Virus record (IMG/VR): IMGVR_UViG_3300025141_000034
Location: 61,025 to 125,024 of that record
Length of the DNA stretch: 64,000 nt
DNA from: a virus
Direction: 5' to 3' (one strand)
Shown piece after piece: positions 40,101 through 49,002 of the stretch. Under the pieces are notes generated by a model. That model was not told where the DNA came from, made no database searches, and saw only the letters and a program-made list of their open reading frames with translations. Numbering within the stretch: the first letter of the stretch is position 1; the number at the start of each line of letters is the position of its first letter. A program made the position numbers and the translations under genes.

Positions 40101-40635
40101 AGCCAACCTCATTGTCACTCACTCAGATATCATTCACGATCCGTCACAGACATTTAGTAGATTTATGATGCCTATATTGAGCCCAGGTGCTGCATTGACA
40201 GCCGCAGGACAGAATCTAGCTAATGAGGCAGGATCTGCACTTGGAATCGATGCTAGCGGGCTATCTATATTTCTATCCCAAGAGAGAAGATTTCTAAGCG
40301 CTGAAAATAATGCAATAACTAGAGGATTTGAGAGCACCAGAGGCCGAGGTCTTGCCGGTGTCCTTAAGGGACTAAATTTTGAGTGGCTTTCTGAGAATAC
40401 AACTTGGGAGATTGACTGGGGTTCACGTGCTCCTAAGTTTTGCAAGGTGTCATGCACCTTCGCACCGATACACGACATTCCCCCTGGAATGGATCACGAG
40501 GGATTCAACAGGGCACCCATATACAATGTTGGAAGGCTATCTCGTGCGATGGGTGGAGATGCTTACGACGACGACGGTCGATCATCTCAGGAGATGTATG
40601 ATCTCGAACATAGAAAAACATTTAAGAATGAGTAA
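37180..40635 (+). CDS. Baseplate protein with tube-initiator-like domain
   Basis: FHAFLDSLSD...YGRMDPVQTYSNTKRAISFSF, PLMRLRVGD motifs; position after the TMP. Confidence 0.6.
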   Translation: MARETLRDFLTSIGSGEDSISYKLRDDSGDGSFGKGDDLGVDPNTGKELVDLTDNEKGLLGDYLNFIQAERNVIFNVSPGNTEAVSSDRGASLPPAENQGADKVFIETGNSSPMSVELGMYSNSGQFDTADTSLDQIVDKTSGEDGHDLLSKIGGRALGTEGDLSVNPPIQYKSTPIGDREKYIVNASVNILRNNNRFSPAGDTIGDAFSERGKTDQELDEEQILTSQREFGEYDKNPSVVSFEELSKIGGSLLKASLGIEGDVNSIAPEDLRAKNAEGFPVINDATKEVGLSTRSGRGDFLTLDRTDASDSIGSMTSTGDASFDPSNKWLLRARAIAGIKTALVAIDAFKSIALESSGGIDALVNPSRSPHISGKNKYYVQLGMSMIMNSILVPTDRPYTNCVNMGARIMFGLDKSLSDVASESDIKDENLEKSKIIMTSPGFSLVLARSILSSINRLNDTMSDLSGEDFDSVEDAQEIINKLGRTRIIGVLNSLAIVGDISLSRAKSNSGNFGFPRSNSAWDVDSLPDGPSTRVSKSRTSDGHNVSALSMRTSATPSAYVLPVGVLRAVSRMGMSNTDTNPARLLASTVGKKIYAGQSISNGGRIPASVVHRLEDLLDSEYVPFYFHDIRTNEIVAFHAFLDSLSDGFTANFTETGGYGRMDPVQTYSNTKRAISFSFTIAATSPEDFDEMWFKINKLTTLVYPQWTKGDMIEGPDSTRFVQPFSQIVGASPLMRLRVGDVIKGNYSKFNLGRIFGVGEAEANLEPPSGVGGISAMIASALRPLKRASDEVFLKIFLAAFGSPVDLLQPGGLLGVGGGGPLASRLESAATKLLGNGFVNPILGTILKKFEDPDNDISEMIPGAAGATGYDPTRNSQLFGTRVFIKATQAYPYRVIGKDGVDLDTFETVRFSRPVLGIVIGREVLGMDALIERFKDHFSQYGVPPSDNIDKSKSRTLYTVSIIDWNVPDGFRGANLIVTHSDIIHDPSQTFSRFMMPILSPGAALTAAGQNLANEAGSALGIDASGLSIFLSQERRFLSAENNAITRGFESTRGRGLAGVLKGLNFEWLSENTTWEIDWGSRAPKFCKVSCTFAPIHDIPPGMDHEGFNRAPIYNVGRLSRAMGGDAYDDDGRSSQEMYDLEHRKTFKNE

Positions 40636-40640
40636 CTAAG

Positions 40641-40937
40641 ATGGCAATAAGCAGATATGCAGGAATACAAAAGATCGATATGGGCAGGGGATTTGCAACT
40701 GTTAAGACCTCATCCAATATAAGAAATGCCATTAAGACAGGAGCGCTTGCGTATTCAACAGTTACCTTTAAAGAGGGACAGAGGCTTGACATACTTGCTG
40801 GTCAGAAATATGGAGATGCTAGCCTTTGGTGGATTATCGCTGCAGCATCTGGAATAGGGTGGGGGTTACAGGTCCCACCTGGAACAATTATATCCATACC
40901 TGACAATCCTGGTGCAGCTATGGCACTTATCTCCTGA
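40641..40937 (+). CDS. LysM-like baseplate wedge protein (T4 gp53/P2 X-like)
   Basis: GQRLDILAGQKYGDASLWWIIAAAS. Confidence 0.85.
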   Translation: MAISRYAGIQKIDMGRGFATVKTSSNIRNAIKTGALAYSTVTFKEGQRLDILAGQKYGDASLWWIIAAASGIGWGLQVPPGTIISIPDNPGAAMALIS

Positions 40938-40944
40938 GGAGCTC

Positions 40945-43900
40945 ATGCCTACATTTCCTAAGACATCATATCTTGCAATGACAGAGCTTATAAAGTACTA
41001 TTCATTCGACAGGTCTGTCGGTGATGTCACGCTATCTACAGCCGACTTCTTCCCGAAGAAGGAGGTTCTATCAGGGCTAGAGGATGATCAGGATCTTCTT
41101 GAGATATTTCTTGACGTGTCAAAGGGTGCCATGTTTACGTGTGACCTTCTACAGTTTCTAGCTGATAGAGCATCATCAGATAAGTCAGACAAGGCATCAG
41201 CTCTTGTTCAGGTTTACTATGAGCCCAATATCACAAATACTAGAATGGGTGCAATCCAGCCAGGATTGAGAGAGTATCAGATAGCTCCCAGCGGATACAT
41301 CTCTGAAGGAGTTACTTCTGGATTTGATGAGTATGCGTCTTACACTCTTGCTGGAAAGGCAATATCTTCACTTTGGGCCTCTTATGATTCCACAGCTGAG
41401 GCATTAGAAAAACTTTATGATCCTCTAAGCATCAGCAATACACTAAAGCTTACAACGTGGAGGGCTAAGAGTGATATAGACACTTATATTCTCGCAGAGC
41501 ACATGATGGCAGTTGCAGATCGCCCAGGTTCCATTCTTGGCGAAGGCACGCTTCGTTTTGAATTTATGGCTATAGCAGAAGACGGAACGGAAAAAAAGTT
41601 CTATCTTGACCTTGTAGAATCTGATATAAATCCCAGCAACGGCGCCACAGGAGCATCTCTTGTTGCACACATTGAGAATACGATACAGATTGCATCTCCT
41701 GAAATATCCAGTCAGGATTTAGTAACCGAGACTAGAAATTTAATTGAGTCGATTGAATCATTTGTTGGAATGAAAAAAAATATTAGACCTAATAGCATTC
41801 CTGTTGCAACACCTACAGAATTTCTTAATAACTTTAAGATAAACGGAAATCCAAAAAACCCGAGCTCATATTCTACTCCTGGACTTTCTGTCATTATCAT
41901 GCCCAATCTATCATTTAACCCTACAATGAGACATGTTGGACAGGCAGCTTTATTTTGTGCCGGTCCACCAACAACAGAGATGTCTCTGTGTGCTCCGTTT
42001 ATTAACCTTAGCTTCATTATTAACACACCAGCTGTTGACACCAATCTTACGACTAGCGCAAACATGATCTCTTTCTTAAGCGATGGAAGTCTCTCGCTGG
42101 GAACGGTTGACTATGCCATGGCAAATTCATTGCCATCTGATATTGGAAAAACTGGCGGGTTTATAGATTTAGGCTTCATTGGAGCAGGTGACAAGGGGTC
42201 TGTGTCATCAGAGGGCGCTGCTGTGACTAGATCGGGAATGGATCTATTTATGTCACCTCAGACTCTTGTCAACATGGACATTAACCAGGAGAGGTCAAAT
42301 CCAGTCATTGATCCCACACAGCCGCTTATGTCACTTGATGGAATAACTGTGAAGGAGTATCAATCTGGCTGGGGTCTTATAGGGTTTAAGAGAGCGACTA
42401 TAAACATAACACTTCATGATAGATCTCGGCTTGGTGAGGTTGCTCACTTTATAGCACCTGCATCTTTTGGACAGGTTAGCTCATTTTTAGAATTTGGCTG
42501 GTCACATCCTAACGGTGACATAGCGACTGGAAGCCCGTGGGGAATTTTTCTAAATTCGCTTAGAAATTCTGGAAAGTATAGGCTTATAAAGGGAAATTAC
42601 TCTATGACATCAACCGGTCAGGTGAAGATCACCCTAGAGATGGGCTCATCAGGAGGCGAAGACTCAAAAACAACACATGTCTGTACAGGTCAGTATGTCC
42701 ACACATCTCTAGTAAAGGGTGTCCTAAGGGAGATTAAGGCTCAATTAGTTAAGCAGGCTAGAGATCCGCTTGGTGTAAGTGTAGATGTAATGGCAAAGCT
42801 GCATGTTTCAACGAAAGGATCAGGGGGAAATCAGCTAATAGACAGGTCAATCTATGACAATCTTAGAAATGCAAGAGAGAAGTTATTTTCTGGTATGATG
42901 GCTGGTGAAGAGATGGAGGAAATACTATCACACACGTGGTCAGCTCTTGAGACACCTGGTACTGAGGGAGATGAGACATATGTCAGAAAGGTTTCAGTTA
43001 AGTCTATGCTTGGTGATGTATTTGACAATTTAAATCCCTGTACAACATCCTCAGATGATCCGTTTATCTCTAATCTTTCGTGGTCAGCTTACAAGCCTGG
43101 ATTAAACTTTGCTGATATTTCTATAGCAGTTGATAGACAACAGGGTGGTAGCGATGCCCTAGACCTCACTAATCCGCCAGAGACTGTGACGCCAGAAGAC
43201 AATGACGAAGAAGCTGAGGGAGAAGAGGAAGGATCAGAAGGTGCAGACGAAGATGTCACACCTGGGAATGACCTTATCCCTGACGTTGAGGGTGTTGGAG
43301 ACTGGGTGTCACTTGGAAAGGCAATGGCTGTCTTAGTTGCAAAGCCCCTCGCTGCTACAGGAAGATACGACGAGGTTCAGCTTATCTTCTATGGATTTAA
43401 TGAGTGTGCAGGAGCTCTTGCTGGACGTGAGATCTCATGTTTTCCGATAAGATACAGTACACTAAAGGGAAGGATAGCAGAGGCTGCAAAGAAAAATCCA
43501 AATGTAACAACAGCAACTATCAATAGTATTCTCGGTGATCTTGTTAACAACGGTGCAGCAAAACCGTACGGATTCGATGACCTCTACACCAAGGCGAGAA
43601 ATCTTCAGGAAATTGCTGACGCTGAGAGAAAGAAGAAAGAGGCGGCCGCCGCGGCTGCGGAAGAAGCCGGCGAGCCTCTCCCCAAGGAGGATTCAGTAGA
43701 AGATGAGACTCCGAAGTTTAATCTACGAGAGGCTGTTATTAAAGAAATGTATGACCTCGGCTTACCGATGCCTAAATTTAAGATACCGACACTAAAGATA
43801 CTTCTTGAGGCAGTTCCTGCTGTCACATTTCCAACAGGTCACAGCAACCCACCTATCAGAGATAGATCTAAGACAATTCTTCGGATTCACGTTCTTGACT

Positions 43901-44817
43901 CAAACTCATCATCTCATCCAGGCGAACAGCTGATCTTAGACTCAATATCAACAGGGGATGTTCCATCTCTATTTTCAAACTGGAATGTCCAGAAGGGTGA
44001 TATCTCCGGAATCGGAAGGGCTATTGATAGCGTCTACTCCGCAGTTGATCCAGAGACACTTGATAGCCTAATCACAGAGGGCTCAAAAACCGCTCCAGGA
44101 TCTGAAAATCAGTACGATTCATTAAAGTTTTTTGCCGCAAAGTCATCAAGAAAGAACATTCATAGGTTCATTAAGAGCAAGGTTCCAACAGTTCAGTTTG
44201 GAACAGCATTTAGCCCATTTAAGGATATAAGCATATCTGGAATGTCCAGCGGTGCTCTCTTCGACGCCCTCTTGTCGGCAGCATACAGAGAAAAATCAGA
44301 CCCTCAGACAAAGCTTGGAAATAAGACAGGAATTGAGGAGGTGACAGTTGTTCCAGTTACTGCAAAGGCGTCTGGCTTAGGAAATCCGATGTTTCACTAT
44401 GGGCAACAATTTTACCTTGACCTCAACACTGGCACGACAGCAGACAATATCTTTACAGTTCGTGACGTAACACATACCCTAGGTCCGGGAAAATTTGAAA
44501 CAGATATCAGTTTCTATCCATCTGGACAAAACTCTTCTGTCAGCTCCATCCGAGGCAATATGATCTCTGCTCTAGCGACGCTTGATAAGGCTAGTGGCCC
44601 ACGTACAAAAAGTCCGACAAATCTCCCAGAGCCACCCTCATCAGATATTCCGCTAACCGATCCCAAGACAGGCATTATTACAGGCCTTCTCGGGAGGATT
44701 CGGGGTAGCCGACAAAAAAGGCTGGAGGTCAGGCAGGAGCAGGCAGAAGCTGCTAAGAGAGTTGCTGAGGCAAGTGATGAGGCTGACGACTTTTATTGGA
44801 ATCTGGATCCAGAATAA
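40945..44817 (+). CDS. Large baseplate hub protein (gp27/gpD-like)
   Basis: FLEFGWS; GNP..HYGQQFYL..., FTVRDVTHTLGPGKFET near the C-terminus; ATG 40945 has GAGGAG SD. Confidence 0.55.
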   Translation: MPTFPKTSYLAMTELIKYYSFDRSVGDVTLSTADFFPKKEVLSGLEDDQDLLEIFLDVSKGAMFTCDLLQFLADRASSDKSDKASALVQVYYEPNITNTRMGAIQPGLREYQIAPSGYISEGVTSGFDEYASYTLAGKAISSLWASYDSTAEALEKLYDPLSISNTLKLTTWRAKSDIDTYILAEHMMAVADRPGSILGEGTLRFEFMAIAEDGTEKKFYLDLVESDINPSNGATGASLVAHIENTIQIASPEISSQDLVTETRNLIESIESFVGMKKNIRPNSIPVATPTEFLNNFKINGNPKNPSSYSTPGLSVIIMPNLSFNPTMRHVGQAALFCAGPPTTEMSLCAPFINLSFIINTPAVDTNLTTSANMISFLSDGSLSLGTVDYAMANSLPSDIGKTGGFIDLGFIGAGDKGSVSSEGAAVTRSGMDLFMSPQTLVNMDINQERSNPVIDPTQPLMSLDGITVKEYQSGWGLIGFKRATINITLHDRSRLGEVAHFIAPASFGQVSSFLEFGWSHPNGDIATGSPWGIFLNSLRNSGKYRLIKGNYSMTSTGQVKITLEMGSSGGEDSKTTHVCTGQYVHTSLVKGVLREIKAQLVKQARDPLGVSVDVMAKLHVSTKGSGGNQLIDRSIYDNLRNAREKLFSGMMAGEEMEEILSHTWSALETPGTEGDETYVRKVSVKSMLGDVFDNLNPCTTSSDDPFISNLSWSAYKPGLNFADISIAVDRQQGGSDALDLTNPPETVTPEDNDEEAEGEEEGSEGADEDVTPGNDLIPDVEGVGDWVSLGKAMAVLVAKPLAATGRYDEVQLIFYGFNECAGALAGREISCFPIRYSTLKGRIAEAAKKNPNVTTATINSILGDLVNNGAAKPYGFDDLYTKARNLQEIADAERKKKEAAAAAAEEAGEPLPKEDSVEDETPKFNLREAVIKEMYDLGLPMPKFKIPTLKILLEAVPAVTFPTGHSNPPIRDRSKTILRIHVLDSNSSSHPGEQLILDSISTGDVPSLFSNWNVQKGDISGIGRAIDSVYSAVDPETLDSLITEGSKTAPGSENQYDSLKFFAAKSSRKNIHRFIKSKVPTVQFGTAFSPFKDISISGMSSGALFDALLSAAYREKSDPQTKLGNKTGIEEVTVVPVTAKASGLGNPMFHYGQQFYLDLNTGTTADNIFTVRDVTHTLGPGKFETDISFYPSGQNSSVSSIRGNMISALATLDKASGPRTKSPTNLPEPPSSDIPLTDPKTGIITGLLGRIRGSRQKRLEVRQEQAEAAKRVAEASDEADDFYWNLDPE

Positions 44818-44822
44818 TTGTC

Positions 44823-44850
44823 TGTACAGTCATCATGGTTTAGTTAAGAT
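44823..44850 (+). promoter_or_regulatory. Sigma70-type promoter before polA
   Basis: TGTACA-N16-TAAGAT. Confidence 0.55.
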
Positions 44851-44856
44851 ATATGT

Positions 44857-46071
44857 GTGATGAACGTATGCATTCACAAGGATCTACTGGGTTCTGATCT
44901 TTATCTAGTCAGTGATTCCGATGGATTTAGATGGTCAAGTTCTATACCTCATGACTACTGGCTTTGTGGAAGATCTGATGATTACGCTAGAAGCATAGAC
45001 CTATTGGCATCTGCTGCAGGTGTTGATCTTAGGATTGAACCTTCCAGCTCATATTCAAAGATGTGGAGCTCTCTAAGGGAATGTGGAACGATGGGTGTCC
45101 CTCTTCGGCATGCGCTTGCGGGAGACGTCTTTTGTGCTCACATTAAGCAGCTTCTGGCCCAGATCCATGAACTTCTATGCGATTATCATGACACATATTA
45201 TACTAGGGAGTTCGTGACAATACGTCAGTTCCTGCAGGGTTTAGAGAGATGCAAGATTGATAAAAAAGGTGTGTATAAGATCTTAGACGACGACTCCGAG
45301 AGAGACGGATCTCTCAGGTCATTTCTCCCTGACCAGCGCGGCTTTATTCGTAAGCCCGTGTATAGCCAGATTTCATCATGCAGCGGTAGGTTAACAGTCA
45401 CAGAAGGTCCGTCAATTCTAACACTTAGAAAGGATAGAAGACATCTTATAAAGTCTTCCTCACCAACTGGATCCATTGTCCAGGTTGACTTTGTCTCACT
45501 TGAACCGAGGGTCGCACTTTCAGTTGCAGGACGTGAATCACAGGGTGATATCTATGAGATGGTCCGTCAAGACGTCTTGGGTGGCATAGCTAGTAGAAAT
45601 GTTGCAAAGGTTGCAACTATCGGATCTCTATATGGGATGTCATCTAGAAAGCTATCTGAGATCTTAGGCGACATTAGTGCCTCTGAGGCTGTTAAAATCT
45701 TAAAGACAATTAGAGATTATTTTAGAATATCTGGTCTTGAAAAGAGATTAAAGCTAGAGGCTTCCAAGGGAGGCTCTATCAAAAGTCACTATGGAAGAGC
45801 TATGAATGTTGAGGATGTTTCTGGGCATGTTCTTGTTAATAGATTTGTTCAATCAACAGCGGCTGACGCAGCCATTCTTGGATTTTCAAATCTTGTTAAT
45901 AATATCAGAGAAAGAGGTATCGACATAAAGCCTATCTTTGTAATACATGACGCACTTATTCTTGATATTGAGAAGAGAGATCTTGATCAATTTTTTGAAA
46001 TAGCGTCAAAAAATATTATTCTTCCAAGATTAATAGGAAGTTTTCCTGTCTCATCAGAGATCATAAGCTAA
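44857..46071 (+). CDS. polA: Minimal, divergent family A DNA polymerase (polymerase domain only)
   Basis: SGRL...P; motif A DFVSLEPR; motif B RNVAKVATIGSLYG; NRFVQSTAAD; motif C IHDA. Confidence 0.85.
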   Translation: MMNVCIHKDLLGSDLYLVSDSDGFRWSSSIPHDYWLCGRSDDYARSIDLLASAAGVDLRIEPSSSYSKMWSSLRECGTMGVPLRHALAGDVFCAHIKQLLAQIHELLCDYHDTYYTREFVTIRQFLQGLERCKIDKKGVYKILDDDSERDGSLRSFLPDQRGFIRKPVYSQISSCSGRLTVTEGPSILTLRKDRRHLIKSSSPTGSIVQVDFVSLEPRVALSVAGRESQGDIYEMVRQDVLGGIASRNVAKVATIGSLYGMSSRKLSEILGDISASEAVKILKTIRDYFRISGLEKRLKLEASKGGSIKSHYGRAMNVEDVSGHVLVNRFVQSTAADAAILGFSNLVNNIRERGIDIKPIFVIHDALILDIEKRDLDQFFEIASKNIILPRLIGSFPVSSEIIS

Positions 46072-46100
46072 CATTGAAATACTTATAGCTGAGGCTGGAA

Positions 46101-46721
46101 ATGAAGATTACTAGAAGACAGCTAAGAAGATTGATTAATGAAGAGATTGAAGTTTTCAATATTAGGAATAAGGGCCAATTTGCCTATGTGATGCAAAATA
46201 TTATGGACAACCCCGATCAGCAGATTAATAATGATCTTATAGAGCCAATAAAGGGAAAGATAATTCTATCAAAGGGGCAGACATTTAATGATATTACGCC
46301 AAATGCATCTTATATTTTAATGAAGTATTACAACATAGAGTCAAATCCATCTGCAAATTTAAGAAAACCTCTTTCAAGAACCCCTAGTAGAGAAATTGAT
46401 CAACAGCGACGTCAAAGTCAGGCTTTACATACAGGCCCAGATGATGTTGACTCAGTCGCAAGTTCACTAATGAGTCATGTTATGGGAGGATCGCCACCGC
46501 TTAGGGGATCAATTAATAAAATTGTAGCGGATGCCAAGAGGGGTGAGATAGCTGTATATCTTCAAGCTCCTGATAAAAGATCTGCAACTGACCAACAGGT
46601 TGCATGTGCTTTAAGATTTTTACTTGATAACAAGATTAATCCAGCAAGTAAGTATATTATTAATCCGTGCGGCTATAAAGATAGAAAGCATTCTGATCTA
46701 ATGATGATTGTTAAGCTTTAA
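46101..46721 (+). CDS. Hypothetical late protein with MKITRRQLRRLINEE leader
   Basis: ATACTTA at 46079; shared N-terminal peptide. Confidence 0.65.
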   Translation: MKITRRQLRRLINEEIEVFNIRNKGQFAYVMQNIMDNPDQQINNDLIEPIKGKIILSKGQTFNDITPNASYILMKYYNIESNPSANLRKPLSRTPSREIDQQRRQSQALHTGPDDVDSVASSLMSHVMGGSPPLRGSINKIVADAKRGEIAVYLQAPDKRSATDQQVACALRFLLDNKINPASKYIINPCGYKDRKHSDLMMIVKL

Positions 46722-46749
46722 TGTACAGTTAAGCTCTTAATGTTATAAT
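46722..46749 (+). promoter_or_regulatory. Sigma70-type promoter before HD gene
   Basis: TGTACA-N16 then extended -10 TGt-TATAAT. Confidence 0.7.
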
Positions 46750-46764
46750 TTATAAGAGGTGACT

Positions 46765-47352
46765 ATGGAATTATCATTAGATCAAATTGAAAATAACTGG
46801 AGCTTATTTGAAAAACTTTGCGGAAGGCTCTGCGATCAAAATTTAGATCGGATGGTAGAAAGCTTAGGGGAGAGACTTTCTATATCACCTGCCAGCTCAA
46901 GAATCGATCAGTATAATGCGTATCCAGGAGGTTTAGTTCAACATACACTTGACGTAACTTCTACTGCGAGAACGGTTAATGATTCTCACGATCTTGGATT
47001 ACCTGTAAGCTCAATATTAAAAGTATGTCTTCTTCATGATCTGGGTAAGGTTGGTGATCTTGAGAATGACTATTTTGTCTCACAGGACTCAGACTGGCAC
47101 CGGGATAAGCTTGGTCAGATGTTTAAGTTTAATGAAAAGATATCGAAGATGTCTATTTCGCATAGATCACTTTTCCTTCTTCAAAGCTTTAATGTCTCAC
47201 TTACCAAAGATGAGTGGCTAGCCATACAGCTATCTTCTGGATCTCACTTTGAGGAAAATAGATTTTATGTTGGGCATGAGCCCACACTTGCTCTAGCCCT
47301 ACAGCAAGCAAAATCTATGACAATACACAGGTTCAAATCTTGCAATAGCTAA
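46765..47352 (+). CDS. HD-domain phosphohydrolase-like protein
   Basis: AYPGGLVQHTLDV and LLHDLGK; SD GAGGTG before ATG 46765. Confidence 0.8.
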   Translation: MELSLDQIENNWSLFEKLCGRLCDQNLDRMVESLGERLSISPASSRIDQYNAYPGGLVQHTLDVTSTARTVNDSHDLGLPVSSILKVCLLHDLGKVGDLENDYFVSQDSDWHRDKLGQMFKFNEKISKMSISHRSLFLLQSFNVSLTKDEWLAIQLSSGSHFEENRFYVGHEPTLALALQQAKSMTIHRFKSCNS

Positions 47353-47373
47353 TTGTTATGAATAATTAGTAAT

Positions 47374-49002
47374 GTGAAAGGTAAAGGCGAGAGTAAGTCT
47401 GGATACTATTCCAGCCACGGAGTCATGGTCCCAATGGGACCTGCATTTTCTTCCGATGGATCTAAATATCTAGGAAGGCCAAGAAGGCCTAGATATGCTG
47501 GGTCATCTGGATCACCCTCAATGCATGCTGATAGCGGATTCTCATCAATCGATGGGCTCGGCAGGGTCAATAAAGGGTATGAAGAAGATGTCAAAATGCT
47601 ACCTATGTTTCCAGGTCAGTCAGATGACGATTTTGACGAAGAAGATGACATTGTAGCATTTTTGAGAACAAGAAAGCTACCTGTATATTCCATCGGAATT
47701 CATCCAAAATTTGAAGAAAGCGGGCTTAAGACGTTTAACGAAGGATTTATTCCAGACTTTGTTTCAGATTTCTTTAAGAGCGCAGGACTATCTGTTCCTG
47801 GAATTGATATTCTAATTGGAAAAATGATTCTCGATAGAGAAGCAGAGCGCGGAAAGGTTGCTATTGACAATCTATGTAGCGGAATTGGTGTCAGTGTTAA
47901 TGAGTTAAGCGCATCACTAATAGATCCAAATGACGATCCAATGATCTTAATAATACAGAGGGTGTGTGAGCTATCTGATAACGATAGACTTGATGCTCGA
48001 GATTATTTTAGAGAATTTCTTAAGGCACTTAAAGACTCGATTGTAACACTAGTTCAGGCTTATGACTCTCTTGCTGTAGTCGTAGCAGGTCAATTAGGTC
48101 CGCAGGCTGCTACTCCTGAAGAGTTAGTAACAGTCCCAGCTACAAATTTTATCTCAGGACTGGCAGGATTTTTTACAAGGGCTCTTCCAGTAGAAAGGCT
48201 TGTCTTTAATCTATCTTCTAGGCTTGCTAGAATGCTCATTGGTACAATGGAGATATCAGACACACTGGAGAAAGCTTCTCCAAGATACAAAGAAGCTATT
48301 GATAGATTTGAAAGCGGATTTGGTCCTATCTTTTCTGCCATTAGATCTAAGCCTGCTCTATCTCTTTCTCGTTTAGGAACACTTTATGCAGCACTCAATG
48401 GAGATAAAAGTCTCTGTATAGTTGAAGAGCTCCCGAAGACAGAAGAGGCAGAAAGTGAAATTACTGTAGATGAAGAAGAGCTTGATCAAGATGATGACTA
48501 TGTTGAGACAGTCGGAGCCGAGCTATCATATGAATCAAATTCTCTTGAATTCCCAGAAGCTGCTGGATGTGCCTGCCCAGTTTCAGAAGCAATGTTTGTG
48601 TTGCTGGAGAATAGATATAATAGTATAGCGAGGAGGCTAGAGATGCCTAAGTCAACATTAAGAGCTTTTGTTAGAGAGATGATAAGAGAGGCAGCAGAAG
48701 ATGAGATATCTGAAGATAACCCAAGCAGATATGGGGGAAGAGGATACCTTCCCAGTGATGTTCTTCCGTACGGCCAGAGCTATATCGATGCTGACGAACG
48801 TGACATGTGGGAAGATGTTAAAGATGAGTATGCCGTAACTTACAAGGGTGATGAAGACTTTACAGGTTACAGTGCCAGATCAACAGCAGAATCAGAGCTT
48901 AAAGAAGCTGCACTTAGAAGAATCATTAGAACTGAAGCAAAGAGAATTCTTGACTCCGACAACGACTCAAAAAAAAAAAAGATACCAAAGACGATGATCT
49001 AG
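47374..49002 (+). CDS. Hypothetical late/head protein; probably extended to 49184 by a -1 shift at an A12 run
   Basis: ATAATTA at 47362; internal LRxxIxE peptides; A12G at 48969-48981 with a 67-codon open -1 frame. Confidence 0.6.
   Translation: MKGKGESKSGYYSSHGVMVPMGPAFSSDGSKYLGRPRRPRYAGSSGSPSMHADSGFSSIDGLGRVNKGYEEDVKMLPMFPGQSDDDFDEEDDIVAFLRTRKLPVYSIGIHPKFEESGLKTFNEGFIPDFVSDFFKSAGLSVPGIDILIGKMILDREAERGKVAIDNLCSGIGVSVNELSASLIDPNDDPMILIIQRVCELSDNDRLDARDYFREFLKALKDSIVTLVQAYDSLAVVVAGQLGPQAATPEELVTVPATNFISGLAGFFTRALPVERLVFNLSSRLARMLIGTMEISDTLEKASPRYKEAIDRFESGFGPIFSAIRSKPALSLSRLGTLYAALNGDKSLCIVEELPKTEEAESEITVDEEELDQDDDYVETVGAELSYESNSLEFPEAAGCACPVSEAMFVLLENRYNSIARRLEMPKSTLRAFVREMIREAAEDEISEDNPSRYGGRGYLPSDVLPYGQSYIDADERDMWEDVKDEYAVTYKGDEDFTGYSARSTAESELKEAALRRIIRTEAKRILDSDNDSKKKKIPKTMI

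Noticed and set aside
26284-44817. Extracellular contractile injection system or tailocin (multiple sheaths)
   Set aside because: Terminase, portal, capsid and replication genes are linked, so this is a complete phage.
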